Source of the DNA: Deltaproteobacteria bacterium
Lineage (GTDB): Bacteria; Chloroflexota; Dehalococcoidia; Dehalococcoidales; BS750m-G39
NCBI GenBank assembly: GCA_013202445.1
Contig: JABMRW010000087.1
Span: 1 to 37,721, forward strand
DNA: 37,721 nt
Direction of reading: 5' to 3'
Shown here: piece by piece, positions 32,677 to 37,721 of the stretch
Layout of the letters: every line of letters begins with the position of its first letter
How positions within the stretch are numbered: position 1 is the stretch's first letter
Translations under genes and position numbers: made by a program
The notes under the pieces: model-generated
Told to the model about the DNA's origin: nothing
Seen by the model: the letters and a program-made list of their open reading frames with translations, nothing else
The model's database searches: none

Positions 32677-34680
32677 CTAGTAGGGAGACTCCGACGCCCA
32701 GAAGATGATGGTGCCGTTCTGGTTGCCGGTAAGGGTATAGGTTTCGGGAACGGTAAGGGTGACTACGTATTCCTCCGAGTCGTCCCTGGAGACGGTGCCG
32801 TCGAACTCGTTCCATTTCAGGCTGTTTAGCTTGAGCCCGTCGACATAGAGGTTTTCGGCGTCATCGCTGACCATGGTGGTGACGGCCAGCCTCCAGGCGC
32901 CCAGGTTGGTCACGGTGATGGTCACCGGTGGGCTGACGTCCCTCGGCCCCAGCACGCCGAAGTTGATGTAGTCGGGGCTGACCGAAAAACTTATGGCGGG
33001 GATGATATCAACCGTCATGTTGACGTTCTGGCCTTCTGATTGCTGGGAGCTGCCCTCGCCGACGACCACGGTGACCGGGTTGCTGCGGATGTAGCCGTCC
33101 TTCTCGGCGTAGACCTCGATGGTAGCGTTGTTATAGATGGTAATGTCCACCTCGCCGTTCTCATCTGTGGTGTAACTGGTGTCGGCGTAGACGGTGGCGT
33201 TTTCAATTAAATACCACTCGGCGAAGGCATCGTCGTACTCGCTCACGGTGACGGTAAAGCTGTCACCGGCGCCCGGCGCGGCATTGTCCACCTCCACTTT
33301 GAGTGGTATATCGTCCCACTCGCCGTAGTAGAAGAGCACTTCCTGGTGCGGCGGGTCGGGTGGAGATGTCTCGTCGAGGATAAAGTCGGCGGCGCCGACC
33401 GAGGGGCTGATGTAATCGATGCGGTACAGCCAGCCGGCCATGCCCTCCCCCTCCTCGCCGTCTATCGAGGTAACGAAAAGGCCGCCCCACTCATCGGTGG
33501 TCTCGTAGGGGAATTCGCCCTCTTCGGCGGCTTCGTCCAGTGCCCCCAGGGCGGTGGGGTCTTCCAGGTGATACTCAATACTGCTGTTGTCGGCGGTAAT
33601 CCAGGACTCGTCAACGGTGACGCTGTCGTCCCAGATGTTATCATTCTCCCCCTCGATGCGGATATCGACGGTGACCCCCTCCTCCGGCGGCTCCGGCTCC
33701 AGCACCGCTACCGGGAAGTAGTCGCCCAGCAGGGCGATGATAGCGGCGGCGGTGGTGCCGGCGGGGCTCATCCCCGGGGTTTCGTCCTGCCAGTAGAAGG
33801 CGCCGTAATCGTCGCCCGTCTGTTGGAAGGTGAGCAGGTCGTCAACCGGGTCATTGCCCGTTCCACTGTCCCAGTCGGTGGGGACTTCACCGGCGGCGGT
33901 TATACCGCAGATGCCCCAGGAATCGGTGTCGGCGTTGGTGTCCCCCCAGGACAGGAAACCGCCGTTGTCCTGCTGGGTGGTCTTCATATAGTCCAGCCCG
34001 TCGCTTATAGCCGCTGAGCCTGGGGACTGACCGGCGGCAATCAGGGCCATGATGGCGGCGGCGGTATTGTCAACATCGCTGTATCCCCCTCCCACTCCCC
34101 AGCCCCAGCCGTCGTCAACGGCGTCCTGGTTGGCTAAAATAAAAGCCACGCTGTCCTGGATAATGGTCGAGGTGGCCGGGTCTTTGCCGGCGGCCACCAG
34201 CGCCAGGACGCCCCAGAAGTCGTCGTTCAGAGTGGCGCCGTCGCCAATCTGGTTGCCGGTGTGGGTGGCTTCAAGCAGGGCCACGAAGTCCCGGCCCCCG
34301 AAGTCGGTCGGGTCTTCACCGGCGGCAACGGCAGCCAGTATCATCTTTGAGTAGGCGTTGGCCGCCGTGGCGGTGGCGGCGTTAGCCGCCAGGTAGTCGA
34401 CTATGGATGGGTTGGACGGGTCGTCCTTCCACTCGCCGGGGTCTTCACCGGCGGCGGCGATGGCCATCACCACCCAGGCCGAGGCGCTGAAGCTCTCGAT
34501 TTTGCCGGTGTTGTCCTGCACTGAGCGCAGGTAGTTCAAGGCGTCGCTGACTACGGCATCGGTAGCGGAGTAGGGGTAATCCTCCTCCACCGCCATTACC
34601 GGAGTAATCAGCAGGCAGGGCAGGAGCAGGACGGATATCAGCAGCAGGGTGACTAAACGGGAACTAAAAATCTTGGCCAT
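32677..34680 (-). CDS. Secreted multidomain protein: prenyltransferase/terpene-cyclase-like alpha/alpha toroid + DUF4430 + Ig-like/beta-sandwich domains (transcobalamin-like architecture)
   Basis: 667 aa with signal peptide ..ITPVMA. Five AAG(E/K/Q)xP repeats (AAAGEDPGEW, VAAGEDPTDF, VAAGKDPATS, IAAGQSPGSA, TAAGEVPTDW) within residues ~40-320. DUF4430 pattern at residues ~335-455 (…GLFVTSIDGEEGEGMAGWLYRIDY…). Confidence 0.75.
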   Translation of the reverse strand: MAKIFSSRLVTLLLISVLLLPCLLITPVMAVEEDYPYSATDAVVSDALNYLRSVQDNTGKIESFSASAWVVMAIAAAGEDPGEWKDDPSNPSIVDYLAANAATATAANAYSKMILAAVAAGEDPTDFGGRDFVALLEATHTGNQIGDGATLNDDFWGVLALVAAGKDPATSTIIQDSVAFILANQDAVDDGWGWGVGGGYSDVDNTAAAIMALIAAGQSPGSAAISDGLDYMKTTQQDNGGFLSWGDTNADTDSWGICGITAAGEVPTDWDSGTGNDPVDDLLTFQQTGDDYGAFYWQDETPGMSPAGTTAAAIIALLGDYFPVAVLEPEPPEEGVTVDIRIEGENDNIWDDSVTVDESWITADNSSIEYHLEDPTALGALDEAAEEGEFPYETTDEWGGLFVTSIDGEEGEGMAGWLYRIDYISPSVGAADFILDETSPPDPPHQEVLFYYGEWDDIPLKVEVDNAAPGAGDSFTVTVSEYDDAFAEWYLIENATVYADTSYTTDENGEVDITIYNNATIEVYAEKDGYIRSNPVTVVVGEGSSQQSEGQNVNMTVDIIPAISFSVSPDYINFGVLGPRDVSPPVTITVTNLGAWRLAVTTMVSDDAENLYVDGLKLNSLKWNEFDGTVSRDDSEEYVVTLTVPETYTLTGNQNGTIIFWASESPY

Positions 34681-34739
34681 CGGACGCCTCCTCTAAGGTA
34701 ATTAAAGCGGGCTTGATAATATACAAGTACAGTTGTTTG

Positions 34740-34768
34740 ATTATAGAGGCAAAAGGGGCTCCTGTCAA
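34740..34768 (-). promoter_or_regulatory. Consensus sigma70-type promoter TTGACA-17 nt-TATAAT driving the 7-gene operon
   Basis: The minus strand reads cccTTGACAggagccccttttgcctcTATAATcaaac. -35 at 34763-34768, -10 at 34740-34745. SD ggagg lies before ATG 34680. Confidence 0.7.
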
Positions 34769-34807
34769 GGGTTTTTTAGGGGATTTTGGGGGGATTTTAT
34801 AAAAAAA

Positions 34808-35590
34808 TTAAGAGCTTTCGGCGTCGAAAAGCTGGTAGGCTATTCGCTCTTTTTCCAGCCGGGCGATGAGGTCGGCAGCCTCGCTGTCGACGCAGACCAC
34901 CAGGGGTGAGAGCCCGCTCTTGGCCGCCTCGATAGCCGCCGCCACCGCCCCGTAGTGCTGGAACTCGGCTCCTGTTTTGCGCAGGGCGGCCATCGATTCC
35001 AGCCCCAGCGAGGTGACTAAGTCACTCTTAGCCAGACGCTGTTTCAGTATGTCGTAGTTAACTTTACTGGAGCCACCCCGCTGAATACCGGGCACCCTCA
35101 GAATCGTTACCCGCCCCACCTCCAGGGGCACTATCCCCTCGATGCCGGTAATACCAACGTCCTCGCCGGCCCTGGCGCTGGAGATGGCGGTGCCGCTGGC
35201 TTCATACTTTTGGCTGGCGGAGGCGAAAAGCAGCCCGTCTTTCATCTTCAGCCCGACTTTCTGGCCTTTTTTAAGGTCGTCGGCGGCAATAGCGGCGCAG
35301 ATGGATAGATTGGTGATGGCCCTCTGGATGAAAGTGTTATAGTCGCCCAGCTCCCTCAAGGTCTTGATTATCCAGTTGACGCCCTGGTTGGTCACCCGGT
35401 AGCGGGCGCGCCCCTCGGCCACCAGCAGCCCATCTCCGCTGAGCTGGGCGATGTAGTCCGATACCGCTTGGGGGGTGATATTTAAATTTTTAGCAATCTC
35501 CCGCTGCTGGACGGTAGGGCCGGCGTTGGCTATCTCCACCAGTATCTGGAAGCGGGTGGTCAGGTTTTTATTTCTGAGAACTTCAATCAT
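34808..35590 (-). CDS. Winged-helix transcriptional regulator with ~190-aa C-terminal domain of unknown function
   Basis: 260 aa. N-terminal wHTH (TRFQILVEIANAGPTVQQREIAKNLNITPQAVSDYIAQLSGDGLL). The C-terminal part is not recognised. Confidence 0.7.
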   Translation of the reverse strand: MIEVLRNKNLTTRFQILVEIANAGPTVQQREIAKNLNITPQAVSDYIAQLSGDGLLVAEGRARYRVTNQGVNWIIKTLRELGDYNTFIQRAITNLSICAAIAADDLKKGQKVGLKMKDGLLFASASQKYEASGTAISSARAGEDVGITGIEGIVPLEVGRVTILRVPGIQRGGSSKVNYDILKQRLAKSDLVTSLGLESMAALRKTGAEFQHYGAVAAAIEAAKSGLSPLVVCVDSEAADLIARLEKERIAYQLFDAESS

Positions 35591-35597
35591 AGTTTAC

Positions 35598-35660
35598 TCC
35601 GATTGAGGCACAGTTCACCCCGATTGAGGCACAATTCACTCCGATTGATGTTTAGTCAAC
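35598..35660. promoter_or_regulatory. Three tandem 21-nt direct repeats (iteron/operator-like) in the regulator leader
   Basis: tccgattgaggcacagttcac (35598-35618), cccgattgaggcacaattcac (35619-35639) and a degenerate tccgattgatgtttagtcaac (35640-35660). They sit directly upstream of start codon 35590. Confidence 0.7.
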
Positions 35661-35669
35661 TACACTTGA

Positions 35670-35697
35670 ATTATAGCACTTATTTGGGGGAAAGCAA
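35670..35697 (-). promoter_or_regulatory. Candidate promoter TTGCTT-16 nt-(TGC)TATAAT for the regulator gene
   Basis: The minus strand reads ttgctttcccccaaataagtgctataat. It lies upstream of the iterons. Confidence 0.45.
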
Positions 35698-35709
35698 GGG
35701 GGGAATTGA

Positions 35710-36363
35710 CTACTTTTTCTCCGGCTCCGAATCAGTAGGCTCGGGCGGTTTGGCCGGCTTCGGCTGGCGTGAGATACCGACGGAAAAAAGATAGCCAAGG
35801 CCGTCGGACAGCCTGGTCTTGTCGTTGAGCAGGACCAGCAGCGAGGTCAGCACCACGCTTAAGACGACGACGCCGTAGGTCAGGTTCTTGATAAGCTCGC
35901 CGCCGATGACTCCCTGCTGCAAAACGATGGCCGCCAGCACGATGGCGGTCAGCCCCCGCGGCGCCATGACGGCGATGAAAGAAGCGTCTTTAGCCCGTTC
36001 CGTTCTGCCCACGGTCAGCCTTACGGACAGTATCCTCAGCAGGAAAATGACGCCGGTGAAGACCGCTGCCAGTATCATCAGCTCGGTGCTTATCATCTCC
36101 AGCGATATCCCCAGGTAGATAAAGAAGAAGGTCTTGAGCAGGAAGGCAATCTCGCCGAAGAAGGCCTTCTCTACGTCGGTCAGCCCCCCCGATTCCAGCC
36201 GCAGCCCCTTCTTAAAGAAGGGGAAGGGCATCGGCTTCAGGTTGCCCAGGGTAATGCCGAAAGCCAGGGCGGCGATGGGCCCGTTAAAGCCCAGCAGCTC
36301 CACCAGCCCGAAGACGACGAAGACGCAGGCGGCGGTGAGGCGATAGAGCTGGCCCGGAAACAC
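35710..36363 (-). pseudogene. 5'-truncated cation:proton antiporter (Na+/H+ exchanger family), C-terminal half only
   Basis: 217 aa matching only the distal TM helices (..GLVELLGFNGPIAALAFGITLGN.., ..MAPRGLTAIVLA..) plus a cytoplasmic tail. Upstream of 36363 the frame merely mirrors the opposite-strand REC gene. Confidence 0.6.
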
Positions 36364-36387
36364 CGTCCTGACCTGATAACCCTGGAC

Positions 36388-36963
36388 GTGCTGATGGGCG
36401 GAATGAGCGGCTTCGATGTCACCGCCGTGCTCAAGAATGACCCCAATACCAAAAATATACCAATACTGATTGTCTCGGTGGTGGAAGACAGAGAGCGGGT
36501 CTACAAGCTGGGCATAAATGACTATCTGACCAAGCCCTTCAGGATAGAGGCGCTGATGGAAAAGGTGAACCGCTTACTGCGGGATGCCCAGAAGAAGATA
36601 CTGGTGGTAGATGACGATAAAAACCTGGCCAAGTCGCTTAAATATCAGCTGGGCAAACGGGGTTACTCCACCAGTATCGCTCACAGCGGCAAAATGGCCC
36701 TGGAAAAGGTGGGCAGCCAGCCTCCGGACCTCATTCTGCTGGATATAATGATGCCGGAGATGGACGGCTATGAAGTGATGAAGGCATTGAAGCGCCAGCC
36801 GGAAGCGGCCCAGATACCCATTCTGGTGATGACCGGTGTAGACATTGACGGCAGCCGGGTCAAGGCGCTGTCGGTAGGGGCCACCGATTATTTCAGCAAA
36901 TCCGGCGGCTTCGGCAAGATGTTCGAAACGATAGAAATTATTCTAGGCAGACCGGAAGCTTAA
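36388..36963 (+). CDS. Tandem-REC response regulator whose first receiver domain is 5'-truncated; the second REC is intact
   Basis: REC-like sequence begins about 36340 (AIELARKHRPDLITLDVLMGGMSGFDV), with no beta1/DD region and no in-frame start before GTG 36388. The second REC (KKILVVDDD...DLILLDIMMPEMDG...) is complete. Internal ATG at 36556. Confidence 0.6.
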   Translation: MLMGGMSGFDVTAVLKNDPNTKNIPILIVSVVEDRERVYKLGINDYLTKPFRIEALMEKVNRLLRDAQKKILVVDDDKNLAKSLKYQLGKRGYSTSIAHSGKMALEKVGSQPPDLILLDIMMPEMDGYEVMKALKRQPEAAQIPILVMTGVDIDGSRVKALSVGATDYFSKSGGFGKMFETIEIILGRPEA

Positions 36964-36985
36964 TTTAAGTCTACCGCCGTCTTAG

Positions 36986-37378
36986 CTATAAACTGGAACC
37001 CTTGGCCGAAAGCCAGGCGGCCACTTTGTTTAACAGCACTTCCCGGTCCACCGGCTTGGTGATATACTCATCCGCGCCAACTTTGAGCCCGGTAGCTTTA
37101 TCCGACTCCTGCCCCTTGGCCGAAAACATTAAAATAGGCAACTGAGCAGTCTGGGGCTCACCCCGCAGGTTGTGGCAGATTTCAAAGCCGTCTATACCCG
37201 GCAGCATAACATCCAGGATAAGCAGGTCGGGGCTACTCTCCCTGGCTTTTTTAAGCCCCTCCAGCCCGTTCTGGGCGCTTATTACCTCGTAGCCTTCTTT
37301 TTCCAGTATATAGCTGGTCGCCCTCAGTACGCTGGGATCATCCTCAACGATTAGTATTCTTTTAGAGATGAGAATCAC
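36986..37378 (-). CDS. Single-domain (CheY-like) response regulator
   Basis: 130 aa. Motifs RILIVEDDP, DLLILDVMLPGIDG and ITKP. Confidence 0.9.
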   Translation of the reverse strand: MILISKRILIVEDDPSVLRATSYILEKEGYEVISAQNGLEGLKKARESSPDLLILDVMLPGIDGFEICHNLRGEPQTAQLPILMFSAKGQESDKATGLKVGADEYITKPVDREVLLNKVAAWLSAKGSSL

Positions 37379-37565
37379 CCCCTTCTGTTTCCAGGGACAC
37401 TTTCCGTAATAGGAAATACCGGCTCATTAATATTATAGCATATTCATATAAAAAAGAAAGCCTTTTGGCTCTCTTATATGTCATTTGGCAACAAGACAGC
37501 CTTCTAGTGTTCCTCAGGAGCAAACAAAAAAAGCACCGCTCTTCGCGATGCCCTTAAAATTCAAT

Positions 37566-37588
37566 TGGTAGCGGGGGCTGGATTCGAA
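37566..37588 (-). other. 23-nt fragment identical in form to a tRNA 3' end (T-loop to CCA); att-site-like remnant
   Basis: The minus strand reads TTCGAAT-CCAGC-CCCCGCT-A-CCA. The expected 5' T-stem partner (GCTGG) is absent; the flanking sequence is ttctc. DNA beyond 37589 is AT-rich. Confidence 0.6.
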
Positions 37589-37721
37589 TTCTCTATTCAT
37601 CCTCCGTTTATACTCTTTTAAATTATGTAGTTTTGTGTCTGAGTATTAGGGGAACTCCGATTCCTGCTCCTGAGGCTATTATACCGGTAACTCTAACTTA
37701 AAGAGTGGTATCCTTTATGGG

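Noticed and set aside
33346-34017. 223-aa plus-strand ORF antisense to the 667-aa secreted protein gene
   Set aside because: Gly/Val/Asp-rich antisense artefact. The minus frame has the signal peptide and domain patterns and is operon-coupled.
34681-34807. Cobalamin riboswitch upstream of the transcobalamin-like/ECF operon
   Set aside because: The whole spacer is 127 nt, and the predicted 5' UTR after the consensus promoter is only about 50 nt. That is too short for a B12 riboswitch, and I could not find a B12-box-like core. Regulation by the adjacent wHTH protein seems more likely.
36134-36452. ORFs 36134..36346 (+) and 36237..36452 (-) spanning the antiporter/REC junction
   Set aside because: Both are off-frame relative to the recognisable antiporter and receiver-domain frames, and they translate to low-complexity sequence.
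37571-37600. gggggctggattcgaa read on the plus strand as the 5' end of a tmRNA (ssrA)
   Set aside because: tmRNA 5' ends have an acceptor stem followed by a few nt before GGATTCGAC and then a structured G/C-rich body. Here the motif is followed at once by AT-rich unstructured sequence. The minus-strand reading gives a perfect T-loop-to-CCA tRNA 3' end instead.

Overview
This is a 37.7-kb, gene-dense, high-GC bacterial window with most genes on the minus strand. It looks like core chromosome of a Chloroflexota/Dehalococcoidia-like anaerobe; that placement rests on gene content and remembered synteny and is unverified. From left to right it contains: (1) a lipoprotein and a small membrane protein; (2) nadK, a short ArgA-like GNAT and a NUDIX hydrolase, convergent with a HIT protein; (3) a split-TCA block of two-subunit class I fumarase, LDH-type malate dehydrogenase, isocitrate dehydrogenase and a HacAB/LeuCD-type aconitase-like dehydratase; (4) a 12S carboxyltransferase plus a 5S-biotin-carrier fusion (transcarboxylase-like); (5) a lipoprotein-type SagB-like nitroreductase; (6) folP-folK-PTPS (queD-like) and a Trm112-like ORF missing from the ORF track; (7) two paralogous 582- and 529-aa charged coiled-coil proteins that share a C-terminal domain, with an excisionase-type HTH gene between them; (8) a PaaK-like ligase with TctC/TctA/TctB, where tctA is frameshifted; (9) a 7-gene operon joining secreted transcobalamin-like proteins (alpha/alpha toroid + DUF4430) to a dedicated ECF transporter, driven by a consensus TTGACA-17-TATAAT promoter and adjacent to a wHTH regulator whose leader carries 21-bp direct repeats; (10) a rearrangement scar where a 5'-truncated antiporter abuts a 5'-truncated response regulator, then a CheY-like gene and a 23-nt tRNA 3' fragment next to AT-rich DNA. 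Intergenic DNA is filled by two modular repeat families, one of which carries canonical G-quadruplex motifs. I saw no rRNA, complete tRNA, CRISPR array or transposase. The two strongest candidates for an undescribed system are the coiled-coil pair and the transcobalamin-like/ECF operon.
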